In this document: piece by piece, positions 15,956 to 24,545 of the stretch | Numbering within the stretch: position 1 is the stretch's first letter | Layout: every line of letters begins with the position of its first letter | Virus record (IMG/VR): IMGVR_UViG_3300002461_000167 | Span: 1-44,459 of that record | Reading direction: 5' to 3' (one strand) | Source: a virus | DNA: 44,459 bases | Notes under the pieces: model-generated | Told to the model about the DNA's origin: nothing | The model's database searches: none | The model's input: only the letters and a program-made list of their open reading frames with translations | Position numbers and translations under genes: made by a program

Positions 15956-16519
15956 ATGCGAGATGCGATCAATAAGCGAACCGGCAAGCCTATCCCGGAA
16001 GCCATCCTCAAAGCACGGGCGGACCAACAGGCGCAGATTCGCCCGGTGGAAGGACAGCGGGATTTCTATACCGGTGCCGTCCGCTTTGGGGAAGGCGTCC
16101 ACGGCGCCAAGTACAACCCGCCGGGCGACGTTGGCCCCGAGGCAATGGGTGGCGAAGCGCCGCGCGTCCTGAACCCCAAGGATGCCGCTGCACAGGGCAA
16201 GGTCCGTCTCGGGCTGCTACCGGCCGCCGGGATGATCCACGGGGCGCTGGCAGCCACGGACGGGGCGGACAAGTACGGTCCTTACAACTGGCGCACCGGC
16301 CCGGCCATCAGCTTCATGACCTACCTCGACGCACTGGAGCGCCATATCATGGCCCTGCGCGACGGCGAGACGTATGACATGAAGTCCGGCGTGCACCACC
16401 TCGGGCACGTCATCGCGGGCGCTGCCATCATCCTGGACGCCACCGCGCTCGGCCAGTGTGTGGATGACCGGCCATCAGTCGGGCCGGCCGCTTCGCTGCT
16501 GCACATGAATCAGCGTTAG
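15956..16519 (+). CDS. All-alpha NTP pyrophosphohydrolase-like protein (recalled as the DUF5664 / dATP-dGTP diphosphohydrolase MazZ N-terminal domain family).
   Basis: GADKYGPYNWRTG...YLDALERHIMALRDGETYDMKSGVHHLGHVIAGAAIILDA matches the remembered family pattern (KYG..NW ... RH..a...ge..D.eSGl.HLaH). GGAG Shine-Dalgarno sequence 8 nt upstream. Confidence 0.6.
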   Translation: MRDAINKRTGKPIPEAILKARADQQAQIRPVEGQRDFYTGAVRFGEGVHGAKYNPPGDVGPEAMGGEAPRVLNPKDAAAQGKVRLGLLPAAGMIHGALAATDGADKYGPYNWRTGPAISFMTYLDALERHIMALRDGETYDMKSGVHHLGHVIAGAAIILDATALGQCVDDRPSVGPAASLLHMNQR

Positions 16520-16809
16520 CGCGGGCCTACCGCCGGGCGCGCGTTGCGGTCGGTGCGGTTCGCACGAAGATCATCGCGGATGTCCTTCATAACGTCCGCG
16601 ATGCTTTCCAGTTTCGTTTCAAGCACTGTCAGACGAATAGACACCGGGGTGAGCGCGCGAACGCGTTCCTCGACTTCACTAAGCCGGGCCGATTGTGCCG
16701 ACATGTACCAGCCGGCCAAGAAGGTTTGCGCCACGATGGTCATAACGAGCGCCACCGGCACCCGCTTGTCCAACGTCCAATGCGCCATCGGCTGTGAAAC
16801 TTCGCTCAT
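16516..16809 (-). CDS. N-terminally membrane-anchored coiled-coil protein, last gene of the lysis cassette (role unclear: lysis regulator or antiholin-like).
   Basis: One TM segment (VPVALVMTIVAQTFLAGWYM) followed by a helical region. It overlaps the convergent MazZ-like gene by 4 nt. Confidence 0.5.
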   Translation of the reverse strand: MSEVSQPMAHWTLDKRVPVALVMTIVAQTFLAGWYMSAQSARLSEVEERVRALTPVSIRLTVLETKLESIADVMKDIRDDLRANRTDRNARPAVGPR

Positions 16810-16815
16810 TCCCCT

Positions 16816-17160
16816 TTAGTCCTTCAAGCTCGGGGCCTTCTTGCCTGCCAGCAAGCTATCCCGGTGGTTGATGTAACGCACGAGCGCCGCATGGCGTTGC
16901 TGGCACGTCCTGTATGCTTTGGCATCCTCACCGAGAACGCGGAACACTTCCCACTGTACGAGCTTCTCGCCTTGGATCTTCGCGAGGTCCGCACAGGTGA
17001 CCATCGCCCAAGCCGGCGCCTTGCCGACGAGTGGCGGGCCGACAGGCTTACCGGGGTCGCACGCGTTGCCCATTAAGCCAATTGATAGCATCGCGATCAA
17101 AGACGGGGGCGTCAGCACCCTTGGCAGCTTTGACCTTAGCGAGTGCAGCGGCGATTTCAT
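16816..17160 (-). CDS. Outer-membrane spanin (Rz1-like lipoprotein) candidate; its start lies inside the i-spanin gene.
   Basis: Signal-like N-terminus with basic residues, a hydrophobic core LIAMLSIGLMG and Cys in GNAC (non-canonical lipobox), followed by a proline-rich mature part (DPGKPVGPPLVGKAP). The start at 17160 is in another frame within 17048..17458. Confidence 0.5.
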   Translation of the reverse strand: MKSPLHSLRSKLPRVLTPPSLIAMLSIGLMGNACDPGKPVGPPLVGKAPAWAMVTCADLAKIQGEKLVQWEVFRVLGEDAKAYRTCQQRHAALVRYINHRDSLLAGKKAPSLKD

Positions 17161-17458
17161 CGTCCAGTTCCTTTAGCTTTGCTTGCCGGGCCGCAATATC
17201 GCGGTTGGCTTCCTCGGTCGTCACGCGTTCGACTTCGACTTGGCGCTTCCACTCACGTTCCTGTGCGGCTTCCCACTTCGCCCGTTCCTGAAGGACGCCA
17301 TGCCGGTGAATCTGAAAGCTCAATGCTAGGATCACTACCAGGGCTAAGCCCATACGGGCTAGAGGATTGTTCAGAAGGATAGCCACCACCAGGGCGGCCA
17401 CCATACCGGCGAGGGCCAGCCAACTGATTATATCGGCCGGGAGGAACCATGAAATCAT
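17048..17458 (-). CDS. Inner-membrane spanin (Rz-like) candidate: N-terminal TM segments plus a periplasmic coiled coil.
   Basis: Hydrophobic N-terminus followed by ERAKWEAAQEREWKRQVEVERVTTEEANRDIAARQAKLKELDDEIAAALAKVKAAK. GAGG is 8 nt upstream of ATG 17458. Confidence 0.55.
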   Translation of the reverse strand: MISWFLPADIISWLALAGMVAALVVAILLNNPLARMGLALVVILALSFQIHRHGVLQERAKWEAAQEREWKRQVEVERVTTEEANRDIAARQAKLKELDDEIAAALAKVKAAKGADAPVFDRDAINWLNGQRVRPR

Positions 17459-17666
17459 TGCGCTGCCTCACGAACGCGTCCATTCCGAACGCGGTCCCTA
17501 TGTAGAGCCACAGTGTCATTGTGGCGATGCTGTACGGGCCTTCCATCGCTTTGATGGTATTGGAGTCCAGATACCAGAATACACGCACGGTCAAGATGAC
17601 CCAAAAGATCATCGCGATCAGGGCCACTTCCCGTTTAAATGTCTTCCGACTTACCGGGGTGGCCAC
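17253..17666 (-). CDS. Holin-like two-TM membrane protein. Only about the first 70 codons (17666 to about 17455) look coding (see finding).
   Basis: TM1 VALIAMIFWVILTVRVFW and TM2 IATMTLWLYIGTAFGM. GTG start with AAGGCGGA upstream. No in-frame stop occurs until 17253, although third-position G/C bias is lost after about 17455. Confidence 0.4.
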   Translation of the reverse strand: MATPVSRKTFKREVALIAMIFWVILTVRVFWYLDSNTIKAMEGPYSIATMTLWLYIGTAFGMDAFVRQRNDFMVPPGRYNQLAGPRRYGGRPGGGYPSEQSSSPYGLSPGSDPSIELSDSPAWRPSGTGEVGSRTGT

Positions 17667-20600
17667 TCGGGTTCATCCGCCTTGGTTTCCAGCGACTTCT
17701 TGGCATATCGTAACTCAGAAGTGCCAGCCCGCGCAATGGCCTGTAGACCCCGGTACGTCTGGTCGATAAGCTGCCGTTTTTCCTCGGGTTTCATGGAAGG
17801 ATGCTTATATATCATCTGGATAAGCTGCTGTTGCTCACCCATCGCTTTTGCATACCCGTCCATCTTAACGAAGATAGCATCACCACCGATTGACCGTACA
17901 CGCGATGCCGCGTCTAGGTCGCCTTCCTTGGCTTTGGCCGTCCAGGTGGCCAGAAGCTTCTTGCCGCTGTTGTGCATTTCGTAGAAGTCCTGGATGACCT
18001 GCACATTGGCGCCGGGATTGCGGATGACGAACGACTTGACATAGGGGATGTCGGCCAGTGTCGCCGCCGGCTTGTTCTCTTGGTCCGGCAATACGCCCAC
18101 CTTGCGCAATGCGAAGTCCGCCGTTGCAAGCATGTCCATACCGAGCCGCCCGGTCCAGCCGCGAATGTAGTTTTCAATCATGATCGGCGACGTGACCGAC
18201 TGTGCCACCGATGATGTGGCCAAGTCGCGGCTATCCGCTGCCTCGGAACGAAGGAACGGTAAATTGCTCATCATCTTGCCGAGCGCCTTGGCAAGCTCAG
18301 TCGTGTAAATTGTGTATTGGTATTCCGGCAATTGCTTCGTCAACGGCTCGGGCACGATGTTCGTACCGGAGAACGTCGACTTATTCCGCACTTGGTCAAT
18401 CACCGGCACCGCCGCCGTTGGGTAGAAGTCGCCAACCACCGAGTTGCGCACCGACGCCAAGAAACCTTTGAAGGGTTCCGGGTTCTCTGCCTTGAACGCT
18501 TCCAACAGGCGTTCCGGTCCCGAGCCCATGACGACGCCGAGGCCAAAAGGTTTCGGGATGCGGAATAGTACGCCGTTGTTCTGATGCAGTTGCCCGTCAA
18601 TCAGCATGAACTGATCCTTATCCGAGCCGTCGCCCTGTGGTTCGCGCGTGGCCGGTTCCCACTTGTCGGTGGGCAAGATCCAAAACAAATCCTTTTCGTG
18701 CTGCGGTAGGGCGTTGTACCGACTGTCGGCTTGGTTGGATGCCCACAGCATGACGGACGGCAACGTGACAAGCGACATGGCCGTCACCGCGAATTCCACC
18801 GGGTTTTCTTTCATCAACCGCGCCATGACCGCCGCGTCCTGAACCCGCGAGTTCAGAAAGGCCGTTATCATGTTGAATGACCGCATCTTCGAACCAATGC
18901 GCGCCGTGTCGATTGCCGTCTCACGCGCCACCCAAGCCGCGTCAAGCGCATCACGTTTAAATTTATTCCCTTTAAGGAACACCTCGGTGTAATCCGCATC
19001 TATGATCATGGACGGATTCATTTCCTTCCACGCCTTCATTGCCTCGGTGGGCGTGGTTACGTCGCGCATCCGTAGGTACTGTTGGAACACCTCGGGGATG
19101 TCGTTGCCCTTGGGAAGCCCGGCGCGGACCAACACATCGTCGGCTAGGCCCTTCTGGTATTCGATCTGTGCCGGCGTCAAGGCCGGGCCGTCCGGGGCGT
19201 TGCGCAGCGCCGGAAGCCCTTTGGCATCGCGCGGCACGTCGGCGCCGTACCCGAGTTCTTTCATGCGCCGCATGTACGCGCCGAGCTTGTTTGCCTCCAT
19301 GACGATTTCCGTGGTCACCGCCAAGGGGTGGATCACGTACTTGCTCACGGCGTGAAACGGCGTCCCGAGTAGCTTGCCGCCCTTCATTAGAATGTGCATG
19401 TTCGGGTCGGCCACGATGTTCTGCGCGCGGGTCATCAACCCGGTTTGGCCGGTGAGTTCTTCTAGCGACTCCTGAAGGTAACGTCGGTTCATCGCCTGGA
19501 CGGTGGAGTGCCCGCCGCCGGCTTTAATCCAGTCGTCGAAATCCTTGGACTTCCCGAGCTTGCCGAGAATGCCATGGTACAACCCGCGCGCCGTGTCGGC
19601 CGGCGTGAGCTGGCCCACGCCTTTGTACGTCATGATGGCCGGGAAGATATCGCGGATGGTGTGCATTCCCCAAAAGACCGGGTTTTGCAGCGCGCCCTTG
19701 CGAAGCGCGTCGGCGAAGAAACCGAGGAACCGCGTGACGCCGTTGACGCCTTCCGCGTCCAGCCCCTTGAACGCCCGCGCGATGTCTTCCGGCACCGTGT
19801 GCAACTTCGGTATGCCGTTTTCAAACACGCGGATTTCATTCGGCGCCTCGGGCTTCGTCACCCAATGGTCAAGTATCTCGGTGACGAATTCCTTCGTGCG
19901 GTCGGCGCCGGCACGCGGGGCGCTGCCAACGTAATCGCTCGGCGGCAAGTGTTCATCAATGAACGTGGTGAGGTGTTGCCTGTCCTTCACGATCTGCGCT
20001 TCACGCGGCCCCGTGATCTTGCCGCCAAGCAAATCCAGTGCACGCCCCGGAACGCGCTTCAACTCGCCCGTCGAGATGCCGGCACCATTGAGCGCCGACA
20101 CGAGCTTGCGCGCCGTTTCGTTCTTCTCTGCCTGCGCGATGATGTACGCGGTATTGCGGATGGTGGTTTCCAGCGGGTCGATGACCATCCGGCCGGACCC
20201 TTCGATTTTCCAAAATGCGGTCTTCGGTTCAAGGCCGGAATTAGAAATCATGAAGCCGCTATCGGTCGGGTCCATGACGCGGTGGAACGGCATGTAATAC
20301 TTATTGGCGCGCATCATCGCCTCGTAGCCTTTGCGCGACAGCAAGCCGGCATCGCGAGCGTAGGCGGCGACACGGTTATTGTAGTCCACCAATTCTTTGA
20401 GTACCGGCCCGAATTCCTTTTCGTGCTTCGCGACAATCTCCGTAGCGTCCGCGACCTTGTAGCCCTTGAACGGTTCCTTCCCGCGCAAGTCGAGTTCGCG
20501 AGCGCGCACATAGGTGGCGAAGACGCGGAACCGGCGCAGCTTGTCCGGGTCGGTGACAGTCGGGGCAACCTTCGTGTAAATGTCCTTCAGGCTCGAACCG

Positions 20601-22402
20601 GTATCCTCCAGTGTGTGGAAGTTGAAGGTGCTACGGTTCATGAAGTGGTTGGCCTTGGCCGCCCACCCGGCGAACAACCGAGCGATGCGGTACGGGTCAT
20701 CGGCCGTCGCCAACCCGGCGTCCTTAAACGCCTTGTCGATTGGCCACAGGCGGTCAACCCGTTCCTCGTACCAAGTCGCCTTGGATGCCGCTACAACGTC
20801 CGGCTCACCGATCGAGATATGCTTCTCACCGCGCTGCCACGCTTCCTCGGGCTTGGGTGCCGGGCCGGGCAACGCCCTTCGACCGTCATCCGCCGCCCCA
20901 CCGGAGCCCGCTGGCGGCTCGGGCGGCTCTTTGCCTCCACCTCCACCGGCCGGGCCGTCATCGCCCGCCCTAGCCGGCGGCTTGCCCGTTACGGCCGGGG
21001 GTGGGTTGCCGCCGCCCGGTGCCGCTTCGTCGGCTAAGCGTTGCTCACGCAACCGGTTGGCCAGCCCTGCGCCCGCTGCCGAGTAGTCATCGGCCACGTA
21101 GGGGTTGGTTCTGATTTCAGTCTGCGCGAGCTTCAACAGGCGTTCGCCAATGCCTTGACGCTGCATTTCGGGAACGACAACGATGTGCTCCAGCTTGCCG
21201 GTGTCGTCCGCGTTTTTCACCCGAGCAACCTTGAACCATTGACCGGCCGCGTCTTCCCACGCCTTCACCTTCCACGGCTGCGACGGATCATCCGCCGGGC
21301 GCGGCCCGCGCACATCATCGCCCTTCACCCACACCGCAAGTTCGGATTCAAATTCTTTGGTGACCGTGGCTTTGATGCCGCCTTTCAATTCCCATTCGGC
21401 GACGGGCTTGCTAAATGCGTCGATGCCAAGAGCCGGATCTTTTTCGATGCCGGCGATGCCGCTTCGACCGGGGAACCCGACATGCTTCTGAATATACGCT
21501 TCGCCAAGTTCGATGTTCGGCTTGATAGGTATATTCGGCGGCGCGGTGGGCAACACCGGCTTGTCCGGGGTCGCACCCGTGTAAACGTCCGGCACGTCAT
21601 CGCCCGCCGATAGCATCGACTGGCGAATAGTCGGATCACGGTTGGCGTCGTCAATCACCTCGGCCGGGTGCCGGCCTTGTTCGTCGTAGAGCTGGCGGGT
21701 CTTCGTCGGCGCCTTCTCCACAATCGCTTGGCCATCCCCGAGCACCACGCCGGTTTGCTGGAAATCGGTTGGCTTGGCGAAGCCCGGCGCCACCGGCTGA
21801 TCGCCGCCGGAAGTCCACCCGCCACCACGGCCGGCGCGATAGAGCGCGGTCGCACCCGAGCCACCGAATAGGCCAGCGCCCGCAATTTCAATCATGCCGG
21901 TGATGTCATTGACGGCCGACTTCTTGGTGCCCGAGCCGAAGTCGCCCACGGTCGCGTCCAGGAAGGCGCCGACAGTCAAGCCCGTGAGATGCACGCCGAC
22001 GCGCACCGAGCGCAACAGGGCGTCCACCGCCGTAGCCGTGGGGCGCATCGTCACCTCATTGAAGGTGCGCAACGGTGACGGCATGTGCGAATTTTCAGGG
22101 TCAACGAATATGCCCTTACTGCGAAGCCACGTGTCGACCTCACCGCCAACGTCGATGCCGACCGGATCTTTCACCGTGTCGCCCCACGCATCCGACGCGG
22201 TGGACTTCACCTTGTCGAGAATAGCGCCGAAGGTCGAACCGGCTTCCGCGCGCTTGGCATACGCCTTCGACACGATAGCATCGTCCGCCGCTTCGAATTC
22301 GGGCGTGTAGCCGGCGGGCATAACCTGCGCGCCCTTCGGCACAGCCGGTTCCGGGCCGAAGTCCGGCGTATAATCCGGCGGCATAACTACGGGATCTGCC
22401 AT
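17651..22402 (-). CDS. Giant internal virion / DNA-ejection protein (1583 aa, in the T7 gp16 position). It carries an N-terminal region with a GNAT-like acetyltransferase module and a Gly/Pro-rich linker.
   Basis: It is the largest ORF and the last of three genes after the tail-tube genes, as in the T7-like order. The GNAT motif is LEHIVVVPEMQRQGIGERLLKLAQ at about aa 404-427. The linker is at aa 460-520. Confidence 0.7.
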   Translation of the reverse strand: MADPVVMPPDYTPDFGPEPAVPKGAQVMPAGYTPEFEAADDAIVSKAYAKRAEAGSTFGAILDKVKSTASDAWGDTVKDPVGIDVGGEVDTWLRSKGIFVDPENSHMPSPLRTFNEVTMRPTATAVDALLRSVRVGVHLTGLTVGAFLDATVGDFGSGTKKSAVNDITGMIEIAGAGLFGGSGATALYRAGRGGGWTSGGDQPVAPGFAKPTDFQQTGVVLGDGQAIVEKAPTKTRQLYDEQGRHPAEVIDDANRDPTIRQSMLSAGDDVPDVYTGATPDKPVLPTAPPNIPIKPNIELGEAYIQKHVGFPGRSGIAGIEKDPALGIDAFSKPVAEWELKGGIKATVTKEFESELAVWVKGDDVRGPRPADDPSQPWKVKAWEDAAGQWFKVARVKNADDTGKLEHIVVVPEMQRQGIGERLLKLAQTEIRTNPYVADDYSAAGAGLANRLREQRLADEAAPGGGNPPPAVTGKPPARAGDDGPAGGGGGKEPPEPPAGSGGAADDGRRALPGPAPKPEEAWQRGEKHISIGEPDVVAASKATWYEERVDRLWPIDKAFKDAGLATADDPYRIARLFAGWAAKANHFMNRSTFNFHTLEDTGSSLKDIYTKVAPTVTDPDKLRRFRVFATYVRARELDLRGKEPFKGYKVADATEIVAKHEKEFGPVLKELVDYNNRVAAYARDAGLLSRKGYEAMMRANKYYMPFHRVMDPTDSGFMISNSGLEPKTAFWKIEGSGRMVIDPLETTIRNTAYIIAQAEKNETARKLVSALNGAGISTGELKRVPGRALDLLGGKITGPREAQIVKDRQHLTTFIDEHLPPSDYVGSAPRAGADRTKEFVTEILDHWVTKPEAPNEIRVFENGIPKLHTVPEDIARAFKGLDAEGVNGVTRFLGFFADALRKGALQNPVFWGMHTIRDIFPAIMTYKGVGQLTPADTARGLYHGILGKLGKSKDFDDWIKAGGGHSTVQAMNRRYLQESLEELTGQTGLMTRAQNIVADPNMHILMKGGKLLGTPFHAVSKYVIHPLAVTTEIVMEANKLGAYMRRMKELGYGADVPRDAKGLPALRNAPDGPALTPAQIEYQKGLADDVLVRAGLPKGNDIPEVFQQYLRMRDVTTPTEAMKAWKEMNPSMIIDADYTEVFLKGNKFKRDALDAAWVARETAIDTARIGSKMRSFNMITAFLNSRVQDAAVMARLMKENPVEFAVTAMSLVTLPSVMLWASNQADSRYNALPQHEKDLFWILPTDKWEPATREPQGDGSDKDQFMLIDGQLHQNNGVLFRIPKPFGLGVVMGSGPERLLEAFKAENPEPFKGFLASVRNSVVGDFYPTAAVPVIDQVRNKSTFSGTNIVPEPLTKQLPEYQYTIYTTELAKALGKMMSNLPFLRSEAADSRDLATSSVAQSVTSPIMIENYIRGWTGRLGMDMLATADFALRKVGVLPDQENKPAATLADIPYVKSFVIRNPGANVQVIQDFYEMHNSGKKLLATWTAKAKEGDLDAASRVRSIGGDAIFVKMDGYAKAMGEQQQLIQMIYKHPSMKPEEKRQLIDQTYRGLQAIARAGTSELRYAKKSLETKADEPEWPPR

Positions 22403-22405
22403 GGG

Positions 22406-24040
22406 TTAGCGTCCTGTTGGTACGGGGTTCGGCGGGGCAACGGTCGTGCCGGGTACACGTACCCATCGCATGGATTGCGTGGCGGGGTCAAACTGCTGAT
22501 AGTTCCAATAGCCGCTACGGTCTTTGCGCGCGTTCGGAATCGGCGGCGGGTCCAGCTTGTCGGGCGTTGCCGCCGGCTTGCTCAGTGCCTTGGTGCGCGC
22601 GGTCAACTGCTGTTCAAGCGTCTGTGTGTACTGGCTCAGTGACGCCGGGCTGCCGAGGAAGTCCGGTTTCGCCGGGTTCACAAGGTCCAGTGGATTCTTG
22701 CCTTCCTTCTTGTACTGTTTAAATTTAGCCATGGCGTCATTGTAAAAGAAGTACGCGCGCTGTTCATCCTCGGGCGTGCTCACGCCAAAGCTGTTCGGCT
22801 TCGAAATGGACTTCTTGTAGGTGCGCAGGAATTCGTTAAACCGCGCTTGGGTGCCGTCGCCGTCCGGGTCATTTACACGGTCTTTGAGGAACTTCCAATC
22901 TTCCTTGCTGATTTCCTCACGGACGAACGCTTCATCCAACGGGCGCGTGTCGCTAATGCGCGTGGGGTCGCCTTCGTCCGCAATGATGCGTTCCATAAGC
23001 TTGGCCGTGTTTGCACGCGACACCACCGCCGCCGTGGCCGGCTTCATTTCGCGCATAAGCACGCGGCCAAGCATCCGCTTTGAATCGGGCGTCAACGTCT
23101 GGTCGTCGCGGATGCCCTTCAGCGTCACGCTCGGGTCGCCGGACAGGATTTTCAATTCCATGTCCATCTGCACTTCGTCGGACGCCTTCTTGGCGGCGCG
23201 GTCCTGCTGATGCTGCGCCCACTGGATGTCTTGGCGCCGCTCGCGAATGACAGACTTCGCTTCCTTCTCAAACTTCGTGATGTCATCGCCACTGACATAC
23301 CGGGAATACTTCGGGTCGCGGGCCATCCGCAAGCCGGCTTCCGGGTTCAATTCGATGGCCGCGTTGACCGCCGTTTGAACGATCTTCTCTAGGCCGCCTT
23401 GGGCTGCTGTAAATCGTGCCTTCTGCGCCTCGACGCCACGAAGGTTCGGGCTAGAGTCGGTGAGGCTTTCGACCTGCGCGCGGAACGACTCCATAACCGT
23501 ATCGAGCGAGCTTGGATCTTGCTTGACGGTCGACGAAAACGCATTGAGCGATTCGACAAGGTTCGTTTTCAGCGCGATGCCCGCGAGCGTGGACATGTCG
23601 GCCGTGGTCTTCGTGAACATGTGTTCACGCAAGGATTGCCCGCGCGCCTGGATGAAATTCCGGCCGCGCTCCGTGAGGAAGCCGCCGGTTAGCTTTTCAA
23701 GCGCCGGTTCCATAACTTCGGACGTGAAGCGCTGCGCAACGCCGGAATCGTTCGGGTCCGCCTTCTGCGCCGTGTCATCCCATGCCTTGGATAGATCGCG
23801 CTGGACTTCGGCATACGCCTTGCCGCCGGAACTGATTTCCTTGGCCGACACAATGTCATCCATGACACTGCCGACCATACGGATGGCACTGCTATATTCT
23901 TGCCCGAGCTGGCGCGTGGACGAAGCGGCGCGGTCATAGAAGCCACCAACCGTGCGCGCCTGTTGGGCGAGCGCATCGGTGGCCCGTTCGTTCGGCTGTA
24001 GCCCCATACGCTCGGGGCTATAGATGGCGATATTCGGCAT
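22406..24040 (-). CDS. Internal virion protein (544 aa, in the T7 gp15 position).
   Basis: Helical, Q/A/K-rich. Tightly packed (1-3 nt gaps) between the gp14-like and gp16-like genes. Confidence 0.55.
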   Translation of the reverse strand: MPNIAIYSPERMGLQPNERATDALAQQARTVGGFYDRAASSTRQLGQEYSSAIRMVGSVMDDIVSAKEISSGGKAYAEVQRDLSKAWDDTAQKADPNDSGVAQRFTSEVMEPALEKLTGGFLTERGRNFIQARGQSLREHMFTKTTADMSTLAGIALKTNLVESLNAFSSTVKQDPSSLDTVMESFRAQVESLTDSSPNLRGVEAQKARFTAAQGGLEKIVQTAVNAAIELNPEAGLRMARDPKYSRYVSGDDITKFEKEAKSVIRERRQDIQWAQHQQDRAAKKASDEVQMDMELKILSGDPSVTLKGIRDDQTLTPDSKRMLGRVLMREMKPATAAVVSRANTAKLMERIIADEGDPTRISDTRPLDEAFVREEISKEDWKFLKDRVNDPDGDGTQARFNEFLRTYKKSISKPNSFGVSTPEDEQRAYFFYNDAMAKFKQYKKEGKNPLDLVNPAKPDFLGSPASLSQYTQTLEQQLTARTKALSKPAATPDKLDPPPIPNARKDRSGYWNYQQFDPATQSMRWVRVPGTTVAPPNPVPTGR

Positions 24041-24041
24041 G

Positions 24042-24539
24042 TTACTTCATTGCCCCGATTGCGGCCGGTAGCAGTGCGCCACCGCCTTTGATGATACCGG
24101 CAATCAACCCGCCCTTGGCCGCTGCATCCGCCGCCTTGGCCGCGTACAGGGCCGCATCGCGCTGCGCCGCGTAGCTTTCGCCCTGGACTTGGTAGCCTTC
24201 CTCGTTAATTTTGCCTTGGTACTTCAGCACCGCCATTTCCATGGCGCCGTTCTCTTGGCTCATGCGCATAAGGTCGCCGGCCGAACCGGACTCGCCGAAC
24301 CCGCCCGCTGCCACGTCGGCTTCCGTCTGGCCAAAGGACATGAACTGTTTGCGCTGGAGTTGGTACGCCTGGATTTCCGTCGATGCCTTGACGTAATCGA
24401 CATTGCGGAAAGCGAATTCGCTCGCGCGGCCGTATGCCTTTGCCTGGAGCCGAAGACCCTTGGCGTTCATGCCGGCGGCTTTGGCGTTGAATAGCGATTC
24501 AACGGCCCCGGCGGCCATCTGTGCAGCTTGTCCGATCAT
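24042..24539 (-). CDS. Internal virion protein (165 aa, in the T7 gp14 position) with a glycine-zipper C-terminus.
   Basis: Position directly after the tube B-like gene. C-terminus is GGLIAGIIKGGGALLPAAIGAMK. Confidence 0.5.
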   Translation of the reverse strand: MIGQAAQMAAGAVESLFNAKAAGMNAKGLRLQAKAYGRASEFAFRNVDYVKASTEIQAYQLQRKQFMSFGQTEADVAAGGFGESGSAGDLMRMSQENGAMEMAVLKYQGKINEEGYQVQGESYAAQRDAALYAAKAADAAAKGGLIAGIIKGGGALLPAAIGAMK

Positions 24540-24545
24540 CGGCGT

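Noticed and set aside
15956-16519. Z-genome (2-aminoadenine) pathway, suggested by the MazZ-like gene.
   Set aside because: No PurZ-like or DatZ-like ORF is seen anywhere in the genome. A single family member is not sufficient evidence.
19508-21037. 509-aa plus-strand ORF. There are many other long ORFs antisense to the annotated genes, for example 233..811(-), 11790..12425(-), 13786..14400(-), 25302..26156(+), 30948..31517(+) and 35994..36890(+).
   Set aside because: These are shadow ORFs typical of GC-rich DNA. They are R/A/G/P-rich and low in complexity, have no RBS, and lie fully inside better-supported genes with recognisable motifs on the other strand.
17651-22402. Virion-packaged or T7-like RNA polymerase, given the T7-like gene order and the hairpin-containing early repeats.
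   Set aside because: I could not find single-subunit RNAP motifs in the 1583-aa protein or any other ORF. Clear sigma70-type promoters precede the late genes.
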